Origin: a virus
IMG/VR virus record: IMGVR_UViG_3300045391_003842
Span: 1 to 64,000 of that record
Strand: one strand, 5' to 3'
DNA length: 64,000 nucleotides
The notes under the pieces are model-generated. The model made no database searches. It was given only the letters and a program-made list of their open reading frames with translations, and was not told the origin of the DNA. Of the stretch, positions 50,423-59,793 are shown piece by piece; the stretch's first letter is position 1, and every line of letters begins with the position of its first letter. Position numbers and translations under genes: made by a program.

Positions 50423-51366
50423 GGTGGACTCCTGTATTGTCAGTTAACTATGCCAAGCCACGATTGACTTGCTGATTTTCTCGGGGTTTTGCTTGCCGAT
50501 TCCCGAGAAAATCCGAAAATCAATCAAAATATTCTATTTTACCTTTCGCATTACTTTAGAGGCAAAAAACCCCATTGGAATTGAAACGACAATCCAGACC
50601 GTTAGAAACTCAGTGAAAACGTGCATGGCAGGTAACTCCAGGGTTGCGGCGTTTGTGCCGTGCTCATGGTATATAGAACGGTTAGCCGTTCTGCAAGTAT
50701 TTAATTGGCACATTTACCCGCCATGTCAGCTAACATGGTGTCAATAAACCAGCCTCATAGGCCGGTATTCTCTATAAATGACAAATATGTTATATTCCCT
50801 AGAACGTCGAATGTCCGACTCATCCTGCAGGTACCGTTGTATCTAGCACGTGCTCTAGCTGGCCTATTCCAGCCCCAGGAATGCCCGTCTGTGGCTTCGC
50901 CGATCAGCGGCGCACCGGTACTAGGTCTGCCATTCGAGACCCTATGCGCTGATCTGTGGTCAAGACGTGCTGTCTGGGGGCTTGTCGCCCAGGTAATGCC
51001 TCACCACATGATACACATGAGAATATCGGCCATATACTAGGGAATCTCACGAGTCTCACGCTATGAGTTAACATAATGTAGATTCTACGGTCTTCGAGCA
51101 CCACATAACACATTGATTCTATTGGTGTTATGCATACGTAATGGAATGATTACCCATTGTCATGCGTATGTGACACCTCACATGGCACATAGATAGGACA
51201 TTAAGCACAGGTTGTATATCAAACGCGTGATGCGAGACACGGCATACCGACACAACCATACCGGGGAGGTGGGGCAACCTGTGGTTGTTTTGGCCGGGTT
51301 TGGGGGTTTAGCACCTCTCGATTTTTTAGAATTTTTTGATTATGGCAGTTTTACATGCCAATCTAC

Positions 51367-51456
51367 TGACACTGCCTATCGGCTCACACCCCAAATCCCC
51401 TGACACCCCATATCAGTTGACACGGCCTATCAATTACTGACACTATCAACTGACAC
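51367..51456 (+). repeat. Five clustered TGACAC-core direct repeats
   Basis: TGACAC at 51367, 51401, 51418, 51438, 51451, with longer matches TGACAC(T/G)GCCTATC x2 and TGACACCCC x2. Confidence 0.7.
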
Positions 51457-51508
51457 CCCTAAACCAACCACCCCCTATATCCACTCCATAACCCCAGGAG
51501 CCACCCCC

Positions 51509-51748
51509 ATGGACCAAGCCACCCACGACATGCACATCCGCGCCGGCACCGCCTATGGTAAAGCCGCCACCTGCGGTCAGAAGGTCGATTACCGCACAGA
51601 AGAATCCGCTGACCGATCGGCCGCGGTTATGATGCGCAAGGGCAGCAAAGCGCTGGAGGCTTACCCGTGCGCCTTCTGCCAGGGCTGGCATATCGGCCGT
51701 GCCATGACAGAGGCCGAACGCGTGCAGTTCTCGACTCCAACGCCTTAA
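51509..51748 (+). CDS. Small zinc-ribbon phage protein
   Basis: C..K..Y ... AY.C..C.GWH; AGGAG RBS. Confidence 0.7.
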   Translation: MDQATHDMHIRAGTAYGKAATCGQKVDYRTEESADRSAAVMMRKGSKALEAYPCAFCQGWHIGRAMTEAERVQFSTPTP

Positions 51749-52419
51749 TTGACACTATAATACGCCAAAACCTATAACCACCCCAGCCAAGCCGCCTTAC
51801 CACGCCCTATCCGACACCGGGGATTGATCCTGTCGGACGTATGCAGATACCGAACTGGCGTGGGAGGCTTGGCCACCAGCCTCAATCAACCCCCCAACCC
51901 AGGACCAGCCATGCCAGCACCGCCAGCCAAGCCCGATCCCTGGTATGCCGATCGGCCGAACGAGGCGAACCAGCCGCCGGTCACCATTCCCCTGTCTTTG
52001 GCGCGTGCGCTGGAGGATCGCTGCTGGGCGACAGGGGAGAACGAATGGGCGGCCTTCATGAACAAGGCGATCACAGCCGCGGGCCACACACCGGTTGGGC
52101 TCCTGCCGTCTGACACCACGCCGACGCCAGAAGAGGATGCGCTGACCAAGGCTTTCGCTAACGAACCGCACATTCTGGATTTCAAGAAGGCCTGGGCGAT
52201 CCAGCGGGCGCGCGGCAACAAGCTGATGCATCAGCCGCGGTGCAGTTCGGTACCTGGATGGGATAAGCTATCCGGGCCGACGTTCCTGTGCGATTGCGGC
52301 GCGATCGTCGCCGAGTGGCAGAAGATCAGGGGCAAGCTGCCGTAAGCTTCCGTGCATTAAAAAGGGCCGCCTCCCAGCAGCCCTTACCGCTCGCCCGTTA
52401 ATTGCTAATTCACACGGTG

Positions 52420-53256
52420 CTATCCAAGCGCCTCGCGGACCATCCGGTTCACCAGATCCGGGTCTTCCGCGAGCTTTGCGGCCAAGCACCTGCGTTCGTC
52501 GGCTGTCAGCGAAAACCATCCGCTGGCGAAGAATTTTCGGCCCGCCGGTACCGTGGCTGGGCCGAATAGCGAGTCTACGTCTTCCACATCTGCGTCCTCC
52601 CAGGTTCTGCCGCGTTCCGCGGCGATCTCTCTTATCTTGGCCACCTGATCTTCCGGCGCGGCCTTGGCTACGGTCAACAGCACGGATTGGTTGTCGGCGA
52701 GCCCGGCGGCGCGCACGATGGTTTTGGCGGCTGGTTCGATGTTCGCCACCCGCATGGCGCGCTGCGCCTCGGTGCGGTCAATGCCAAGATCGCGTGCGGC
52801 TGCATTAATTCCACTTTCGGGGCGCCCGGCCCGGCGCTGGGATTTCGACGCAAGTTGAGCCGAAACTTCCCGCGACTCGCGCAACCGGATCCACTTCGCG
52901 ATGAGTTCCTTGCGCTCCAGGGCCACCAGTTCGCGCCGATGGAGGTTTTCCGCCACCTCCCACATCTGCGCCGTCTCCAGGTCTGGAGCCTTGTTGAAGG
53001 GAACGGATTCCCAGCCCAGGCGCGTCACCGCCTCCAGCCGGTTGCGCCCGGCGACAAGCATCACGGCGTTACCGATGATACCTTCGTCGGGCGTCTCCAG
53101 GTCTTTGACATAGAGCAATGTGATTGGCGTCCGGAGCCCGATGTCCTTGATAGACGACATCAGGTCCGTAACGGTTTTCTCATCTACGGACCTGCGGTGC
53201 ACAGGAACATAGATCGACTCTACGGATTCGTATCCGTCGCAGGCTATGGTTTTCAT
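52420..53256 (-). CDS. ParB N-terminal domain protein with HTH
   Basis: L..SI...GL.TPI, LVAG.NRLEA...LGW, ENLHR.EL, GI.AAARDLGIDR. Confidence 0.85.
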   Translation of the reverse strand: MKTIACDGYESVESIYVPVHRRSVDEKTVTDLMSSIKDIGLRTPITLLYVKDLETPDEGIIGNAVMLVAGRNRLEAVTRLGWESVPFNKAPDLETAQMWEVAENLHRRELVALERKELIAKWIRLRESREVSAQLASKSQRRAGRPESGINAAARDLGIDRTEAQRAMRVANIEPAAKTIVRAAGLADNQSVLLTVAKAAPEDQVAKIREIAAERGRTWEDADVEDVDSLFGPATVPAGRKFFASGWFSLTADERRCLAAKLAEDPDLVNRMVREALG

Positions 53257-53292
53257 TGCGATATTAAACCCGCCGCAAGATAGGGTTTCGGA

Positions 53293-54396
53293 TTAGGCTA
53301 CCGGCGGGAATATATCACTGTGCCAGTGCAGTGATCCAGAAAGTTTCTTTTGATTTTGCGTGTACGCGTTCCAACCGAGAATGATCGATGCGGCGGTGTG
53401 CACGGCGGGGTATCCGTCCACGTTCTTTTGCACGTCGCCGCGCAGGATCGCCTGATGCAGCACGCGCGCCGGATCTTTCGGACCGAGCGGCGAATTGCCG
53501 GTCATCAAAACCTCATAGAACGGCTCAAACAGGGTATCGGCGAACTTGCTCCGCTGCTTGATCAGGTAGCAGGCCGCGGCGCCGGCTGCCTGGGAAAAGC
53601 CAGGGAACCGCTTCCTCTCTTCGGTCGGTCTGCTTTCCTTGAAGCTGTCGTGGATGCCGCGGTACAGCCGAGCCCCAAGCTTCACCGACTCATGCACGTT
53701 GGGATAGCGCGCGAGCACCGGCATGATGTCGTAAGTCTGGATGGTGATGCGGGTGCGGCCGTTGAACTTGATGTCCTCCAGCAGCCGCACCGTGGCGTGC
53801 GTGTGGTCCGAATCCGCGACGTTGTTCACCTCCATGATGTCGTTGCCGGCGCGCTGCTTGTTGGTATCGATATTGATGCGGCTCGCGGCGCTGGCGCCTG
53901 TGGTCAGATATACGCCAAGGGTTTCACCTGTAACGAGGCAGGCCAAGCAACGATGCTGGCCAGTGCCCAGGTTATAGTCATCGTGCATGACGATGGCTTC
54001 CGGGTGCGCGTGGTCCCATTTCCCGTCGCGGATCCAGGTGATGACCCGCTTGAGATCGTCCAGGCTGATGTTGCGGTTGTGCTTGTTGTGTTGGAGAAGG
54101 ACGTAGGCATGGGCCGGCGTCATCCGGATCGCCTGCGAGTGCAGCTTGTGCTGCGCTGCCGACATGCCGGTGAACATCTCATCGATTACCAGTTGTTCCT
54201 TGATGGTTTTGTCGAACCACTGCTGGGCTTCCCAGATCTGCATCGCCGTTAGCTTGTTGATGCCGCGGAGCGTTTCCAAAAGCTTCTCAGAGTCTCTAGG
54301 CCGAGAAGAGTTGTGTACCCGAATATGATACGCGAGCACCTTCATGACACTTTCATCATGGCTGCTCAGTGTGTATTTCTTGCTCGTGGTGGGCAT
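53293..54396 (-). CDS. ParB-like (xGQHR) domain protein
   Basis: TP..A..LL..N..NR, G.W, GQHR..A, IDT...R...D. Confidence 0.7.
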   Translation of the reverse strand: MPTTSKKYTLSSHDESVMKVLAYHIRVHNSSRPRDSEKLLETLRGINKLTAMQIWEAQQWFDKTIKEQLVIDEMFTGMSAAQHKLHSQAIRMTPAHAYVLLQHNKHNRNISLDDLKRVITWIRDGKWDHAHPEAIVMHDDYNLGTGQHRCLACLVTGETLGVYLTTGASAASRINIDTNKQRAGNDIMEVNNVADSDHTHATVRLLEDIKFNGRTRITIQTYDIMPVLARYPNVHESVKLGARLYRGIHDSFKESRPTEERKRFPGFSQAAGAAACYLIKQRSKFADTLFEPFYEVLMTGNSPLGPKDPARVLHQAILRGDVQKNVDGYPAVHTAASIILGWNAYTQNQKKLSGSLHWHSDIFPPVA

Positions 54397-54537
54397 GGAG
54401 AATTAACCTTTCTTGGTTGATCAAGCTGGAAGTCGTGCAACCCGGCCATTCAAGCGGGTGTAGGCTAGTAGCTGATATTTGTAATGTGGAGACAAAATGC
54501 TACATTGTCAATATCTGACACATAAATGTGCCAATAA

Positions 54538-54819
54538 ATGAACACACGTCTCATTTCTAATTCTGTTCCTCTGCCAACGTTGCAGCGTATAGCTCAGTTT
54601 GTTAGAACGGAGGCCCAACGCCGCAAGCGCGGATTGGGTTTCGGATACGGTGATGACAAAACCGCAGAATCGCTGATCGCCCAGGCCGACGCGTTTGAGG
54701 CAGGCCTGAATGGGACTATCCCGCCGCAGTGGGAGTCCTATATATCTGAGGCTATGCACAAGGACGATCCCGAGTTTGACTTGTACGTGCGGCTGAAATC
54801 CAAGTTTGAAAACCCCTAG
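54538..54819 (+). CDS. Hypothetical protein, tandem paralog 1
   Basis: Ends DPEFDLYVRLKSKFE. Confidence 0.7.
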   Translation: MNTRLISNSVPLPTLQRIAQFVRTEAQRRKRGLGFGYGDDKTAESLIAQADAFEAGLNGTIPPQWESYISEAMHKDDPEFDLYVRLKSKFENP

Positions 54820-54831
54820 CAGGACACTCTA

Positions 54832-55101
54832 ATGCCACATAACTCAGTACAACTTCGTCGCGTTGCCGAACTGGCGTTGCTGGAAGGCAACCGTCAGATA
54901 CGCGCCGTTGGCAAATGCGGCTTGCCGAACCCTCCGCGTGAGGCAGCCTTGCGTCTGATCTCTCAGGCGGAAGGCTTTCTGGCGGCGTTGAGCGGGAACG
55001 CGCCGACCGATTGGCGGAGATTTGTGATTGCTGCGGCCCACGAAGGCGATCCTGAATACGCGCAGTATCTGCGCCTGAAGGAGAAGTTCGATGGAGAATA
55101 A
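54832..55101 (+). CDS. Hypothetical protein, tandem paralog 2
   Basis: Ends DPEYAQYLRLKEKFD. Confidence 0.7.
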   Translation: MPHNSVQLRRVAELALLEGNRQIRAVGKCGLPNPPREAALRLISQAEGFLAALSGNAPTDWRRFVIAAAHEGDPEYAQYLRLKEKFDGE

Positions 55102-55435
55102 TGCAGTGCCTGACACGGCCGATGCGCCGGTACCGCCGAGGCGTGACCCGTTTCCGGCGGCCTTGTTCGCTAACCTCGCCGGGCTCACGCCTGATCAGAT
55201 CGGGGCCACGGCGCAGCGCGTTTGGGCCACGGCCAAAACGGAATCCGGCCGGACGGCCAAGCCGGAAATCCTCGAAGTTTGCAAGATCCGTGAGGCCCAG
55301 GCCGTGGCGGTGATCGCGACGCTCAGAGGCACCGTGCTCATCGGGTGGGAGCCTGACGCCAAGGAAGTGCTCATTCGCTGCGATCCTGAATGGGACACCT
55401 ATCAGCGGCTGAAACGGAAGTTCGGCGACCGTTAG
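55091..55435 (+). CDS. Hypothetical protein, tandem paralog 3
   Basis: Ends DPEWDTYQRLKRKFG. Confidence 0.7.
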   Translation: MENNAVPDTADAPVPPRRDPFPAALFANLAGLTPDQIGATAQRVWATAKTESGRTAKPEILEVCKIREAQAVAVIATLRGTVLIGWEPDAKEVLIRCDPEWDTYQRLKRKFGDR

Positions 55436-55687
55436 CACGCACAGTTGAGGATAGAATGTCAGGCACGACTCCAGCCGATCATCTGAAATGCCGCTACTGC
55501 ACGTGGATCACAGCGAAGTGGCTCACCAAGAACGGCAAGCGGACATCCGGCTGGAGCCGGCTTGAAGCGCATCTGGAGGACGCGCACGGCATCATCGCCA
55601 AGCTATCGTCAACTTCAGAGGACGATTGACTGAGCCGAACCCGTATGTCACATATATCTGCCACTTAACCATTAACCAGGACTCGTC

Positions 55688-56047
55688 ATGAAACAACTCA
55701 CTATTGACCTTATTGATATCGGTCTTGAGCGTGCGCTTGCAGCCCTCGAAAATCACTCCGTTGGCAGTGCGGACGCACTTCCCGTCCTGCACGCGATCGA
55801 AGTGATCGCCGAAGCCCGCAAGGCCGCGGCGTTAGCCAGTATGGCCCAGGACGTGCACGACATGGCCCAGACGCTTCGCGCCTTCGGCGCCTCCAACCAG
55901 TTCGCGTTGCTGGCGGATCTCGTGGAAACAGGACTGGCAGCGGCGGTGGTCGGGCTCGACTCGGAGATCGGCAAGCAGGTTGATCCAGGCTCGCGCGCCG
56001 CCGCCACGCTGCTGGCGCGCATCGCCAAGATGGGAGGGAAGGCATGA
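55688..56047 (+). CDS. Hypothetical protein
   Basis: AGGACTC RBS, operator palindrome at 55646-55663. Confidence 0.6.
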   Translation: MKQLTIDLIDIGLERALAALENHSVGSADALPVLHAIEVIAEARKAAALASMAQDVHDMAQTLRAFGASNQFALLADLVETGLAAAVVGLDSEIGKQVDPGSRAAATLLARIAKMGGKA

Positions 56048-56604
56048 CGGCCGCGGACGAACTCAAACGCATTGACGGCTATATGGGCGGCCGTATTCCC
56101 TATCACTGGGTGGAGCAACGCGACGGCAAGGCCGCTTTCTTCATCGGCTCCATGCATATTGGGTCCGCGAGCTTTGACGGCGCCACCGAACTCTGGTCCT
56201 GGCGCAGCCAGTTCTTTAGCATACCGCCGCACGCGTCGCACAAGTCTCTGGCGAAGTTGACCATGGACGTGGAGCGTGCGGCCGGCGTGCGCCACGTGGA
56301 GCCGCCGCTGACGATGGTTGTCAGAGAGGCGGCCGATGTCGCGCAGCGTTGGTTGCAGACCTACGTCATGCAGTTCGCCGACGCCCAGCCGATCAAGAGC
56401 GCCGACGCCGAATCCTTGGCCATTGCCATGTATGGGGCCATGGATATGGAGACGCGGGCCAACCAGCAGACCAGCCTGCGCCTGAGCGTGGATATGACGG
56501 TGGAGTCGCTGGCCAAACAGATCGGCGTCAGTGAGGCGGCCCTGTTGAGCCATATCGGTCAGGCGAACAAAACGCGCGTGCGCAGCGAGAAGGGGGCAGC
56601 CTGA
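56044..56604 (+). CDS. Hypothetical protein
   Basis: ATGA-coupled ORF in operon. Confidence 0.6.
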   Translation: MTAADELKRIDGYMGGRIPYHWVEQRDGKAAFFIGSMHIGSASFDGATELWSWRSQFFSIPPHASHKSLAKLTMDVERAAGVRHVEPPLTMVVREAADVAQRWLQTYVMQFADAQPIKSADAESLAIAMYGAMDMETRANQQTSLRLSVDMTVESLAKQIGVSEAALLSHIGQANKTRVRSEKGAA

Positions 56605-56605
56605 C

Positions 56606-57211
56606 ATGCTGACTCTCGGCCCTGAGTTCATCCCTCTCCAGATCAACTGGCGCCAGTCACCGACCGATCCCAACATGCTTGTCGGCCGCCTGGGTGAAAT
56701 CGTCCTGTGGAAAATAAACATCGCGGGCGACAAGGTGTTTCTGCGCAGTACCACCATCAGTTCGATTCCGGTGGAGATGCAGAAGCTGCGGAAACTCACG
56801 AATGTCGAGATGATGCAGCCACTGCCGTTCGACACCGTGGATCAGGCGAAGATGGCGGTGCAGATCTACGTCGCCGGTATGCGGGTGAAGCTACCAGACC
56901 ATGACGATATGCGTGAGCGGAGCACCGAGGCCACGGCGGCGCTGGTGCGAATTCGCGACGTGCTCGCCGGCTGCCCGATGACCGTACCGATGCCGGGCTC
57001 GTACGACATCATGAACGGCAACGTGAGCGTCGCGGCGACGGCTGACCGGATATGCACGGCGGTCCGCGTCCTCTGCGATGCCTGGGAGCGACGGCCCAAG
57101 GTGACGAAACTTGAGCCCAGCTTCCCGCCGATCCCCTGGCGTGAGCAGGTTTGGCGCTGGGGACTCCTCGCCACGCTCGCCATTGATGTCGCGGTCAACA
57201 TCCTGCACTGA
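56606..57211 (+). CDS. Hypothetical protein with C-terminal hydrophobic helix
   Basis: Operon spacing; C-terminal WGLLATLAIDVAVNIL. Confidence 0.55.
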   Translation: MLTLGPEFIPLQINWRQSPTDPNMLVGRLGEIVLWKINIAGDKVFLRSTTISSIPVEMQKLRKLTNVEMMQPLPFDTVDQAKMAVQIYVAGMRVKLPDHDDMRERSTEATAALVRIRDVLAGCPMTVPMPGSYDIMNGNVSVAATADRICTAVRVLCDAWERRPKVTKLEPSFPPIPWREQVWRWGLLATLAIDVAVNILH

Positions 57212-57219
57212 GGCCTGCC

Positions 57220-57771
57220 ATGCTGCACCAAAAAATAGACAGTTTCAGCGGCTACCATGATTTTCTGTCGAACTTCTTTCCCGATGATATATGGATCAAA
57301 GGAAAGGCCTACAGAACACTTGAACATGCTTTCCAGGCGGCGAAACATACTGATCCTGTATTTCAGGAACAGATACGGTTGACGCGTGAACCCGGCGCCG
57401 CGAAGCGTTTGGCGCGCTCCAAGCCGGCCCGTGACAACTGGGATTACATCAAAGTGGGCGTCATGCTGGAATTGCTGCGCATGAAGTTCGCCGATCCTCG
57501 CTTGCGGGCGATGCTGCTGGATACCGGTGATCTGTATCTGGAGGAAGGCAACACCTGGGGCGACGAGTACTGGGGCACTGTGAAGGGTGTCGGCAAGAAC
57601 ATGCTGGGGCATTTGCTGATGCAGGTTCGCAAAGAACTCAAAAAGACCAAATCAAGAACAGAGATGGAAGATCTGCTGAATCCGGCGAGCATCAAATGCG
57701 ACGACCAGAACTGTTCCAACTACAGGAACATGCGCGGCGGGTGCGATCTCTGCGGCGCGCCCTGTCTCTAG
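57220..57771 (+). CDS. NADAR (YbiA-like) family protein
   Basis: FLSNF, EH.FQA.K, AK.L.R, W...K..VM......KF, LL.TG...L.E...W.D..WG, G.N.LG..LM.VR. Confidence 0.92.
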   Translation: MLHQKIDSFSGYHDFLSNFFPDDIWIKGKAYRTLEHAFQAAKHTDPVFQEQIRLTREPGAAKRLARSKPARDNWDYIKVGVMLELLRMKFADPRLRAMLLDTGDLYLEEGNTWGDEYWGTVKGVGKNMLGHLLMQVRKELKKTKSRTEMEDLLNPASIKCDDQNCSNYRNMRGGCDLCGAPCL

Positions 57772-58137
57772 GCGATTTCATTTGTATCGACCGCGCGACC
57801 AGCGCTATGGATAGAGCGTCGGTTGCGCGGTACGGAAATGATGACGCTCGCTGAACACATCCTGGTATGTTCTGGGTTGGTTATCTGCATTCTGGCCATG
57901 ATCGTGGTGGTGCGACGATGAGTTTTCCTGTTCCGCCGGGCGGCCGGACGACCAAAGAGCGCATGCGTCAATTATTGGACGAGGCGAAAGCCAACGTCAA
58001 ACGCCTGGATTCCTGTCCAGGACCACACGATTTCCGACAAATCTCCGCGAAAGTCTTTGGTGGGCGCTGGCAATGCGCGTCCTGCGGTGGTGAAGTCGAT
58101 ACCGTAGCTTACGCGTGGTATATGAAAGGACTGATCC

Positions 58138-59274
58138 ATGGACGATCTACCCTCTCCAGCGCCGGACGGCCCGCGTGCTCGTCTGACGGAGACCTACCGT
58201 CAGGATTTGATGGGTGTGGCGCGGACGATGAAGATCCATGCCCAGCAACTGCTGACGAAGGCGGAAGCTGCGGAGCGGATGCTGACGGAGGTGATGTCTG
58301 AGTCGCGGCCGATCGGCGTTTCGCATGAACAGTACATGGCGGCCTGGAACAGCCGCATGCATGACGTTCTGCACGCGGCCGATCGCATGGCGGATATCGA
58401 CATCCCGGAGCCACCGGAACTGCTGACAGGCAAGCATGGCAGGATCATCGTCATGGATGACCTGGGTGCTGGGGTCGCGGTGGCGTCGCACACCCATCCG
58501 ATGCCGGGCGACTATACGCAACTGGAGGCCTACGCCATGACCTGTCCGATGCGCCCGCGTTTGGCAGGGCTCGCGCCGTCGCCGGTCTTCAAGAATGCCA
58601 GTGGTGAGCGCCTTGGCAAGCCCAACGAAGAACCAAGGCCGGATGAAATCTGCGTCGGCTATGTGCCGGTAACCCATACGGGCCGGTTCCAGCCGCAGAA
58701 ACTGAGCCACGATGGCAAAAAACTGTCATTGGCGGCGATGTACGGCGGCAAGCTGCATGAAAACTTGGTGCAGAGTTTCAGCCAATTCGTCGGCATGGAC
58801 GTGAATGACGCCAAGGTGCAGATCACGGCGGAGACTGTCGCGTTGGTCAGCAAGATGCAGGAAGACATGATGACTACGCTGGGCGTGGCGCCACACTGGG
58901 ACATCCCTGACCAACGCGTCATGGTGGTGGCGCCCGGTACGGCCGGCGCTTGCACCGACGCCGAGCGTGAGCAGATCGAACGTTCTATGGCGGATCCGGC
59001 CATGCTGGAGCCCGAGCGCGCCCGGCTCGAGTCGCTGGGGTTCAAGGCGGCGCCGGTACCGACATCGGGCACCACGCGAATCGCGGACATGGACGTGACG
59101 CAGCGCCTGCGAGAGATCCAGGCCGATCGCGAGGCCGCGGAGAAGCAGACGGCACTGCCGGCGGAGGATTGGCGGCACAACGGCGCGTGTCCGATCTGCA
59201 AGACGGGCAAGGTGCGCTATGACACCTCGTACACCCGGCTTGGCTGCGAGGATTGCGGCGCCCAACCCACCTGA
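58138..59274 (+). CDS. Mosaic hypothetical protein with C-terminal zinc ribbon
   Basis: 378-aa ORF, AAGGA RBS, CPIC...CEDC; contains short PolA-like motifs. Confidence 0.65.
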   Translation: MDDLPSPAPDGPRARLTETYRQDLMGVARTMKIHAQQLLTKAEAAERMLTEVMSESRPIGVSHEQYMAAWNSRMHDVLHAADRMADIDIPEPPELLTGKHGRIIVMDDLGAGVAVASHTHPMPGDYTQLEAYAMTCPMRPRLAGLAPSPVFKNASGERLGKPNEEPRPDEICVGYVPVTHTGRFQPQKLSHDGKKLSLAAMYGGKLHENLVQSFSQFVGMDVNDAKVQITAETVALVSKMQEDMMTTLGVAPHWDIPDQRVMVVAPGTAGACTDAEREQIERSMADPAMLEPERARLESLGFKAAPVPTSGTTRIADMDVTQRLREIQADREAAEKQTALPAEDWRHNGACPICKTGKVRYDTSYTRLGCEDCGAQPT

Positions 59275-59331
59275 TTTGACCCTAGTATCGTGGCATGAGA
59301 CAGTGCCACGATACGCAACCCTGGATGAACC

Positions 59332-59793
59332 ATGCGCCCTAGACTCTACCTTGCCGGCCCGATCGGCGGCGAATCCTACTCGGCCGCGACCGATTGGCGC
59401 GTGGCCACCACATCGGTGCTGGATGGCGTCATTGACTGCTTCTCGCCGATGCGCGGCTTTACCCATCTGAAGGGTGAGCAGTCCATCTCCGACACCGTCA
59501 GCCTGAGGGCGCCGCGCGTGCACACCACCAAGGGTGTGATCAGTCGCGACCACAACGACGTCCTGCGCGCGGACTGCCTGCTGGTGCGCCTGCATGGGGC
59601 GAAGAAGATCTCCACGGGCACGGCGATTGAACTGGCCTGGGCCTATCACCTGCACAAGCCGGCGGTGGTGTGGATCGAAGACGGCGACGAGAATATCCAC
59701 GCTCAGCATCCGATGCTGGTGGAGACGTTCCGCTGGCGCACGCCGTCCATCTCCGAGGCGATTGAGATCGTCAGAGGGGTTCTCCTGCCATGA
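59332..59793 (+). CDS. Nucleoside 2-deoxyribosyltransferase-like protein
   Basis: YLAGPI, SP.R, RD...V..AD..L, S.GT..E..WA....KP. Confidence 0.85.
   Translation: MRPRLYLAGPIGGESYSAATDWRVATTSVLDGVIDCFSPMRGFTHLKGEQSISDTVSLRAPRVHTTKGVISRDHNDVLRADCLLVRLHGAKKISTGTAIELAWAYHLHKPAVVWIEDGDENIHAQHPMLVETFRWRTPSISEAIEIVRGVLLP

Noticed and set aside
50469-51403. Short ORFs in the track across the non-coding block
   Set aside because: Alternative starts without RBS, atypical composition, no motifs
55665-55678. TTAACCAT CtrA-like half site
   Set aside because: Single short match; TTAA spacing here and at 26141 is not the canonical N7
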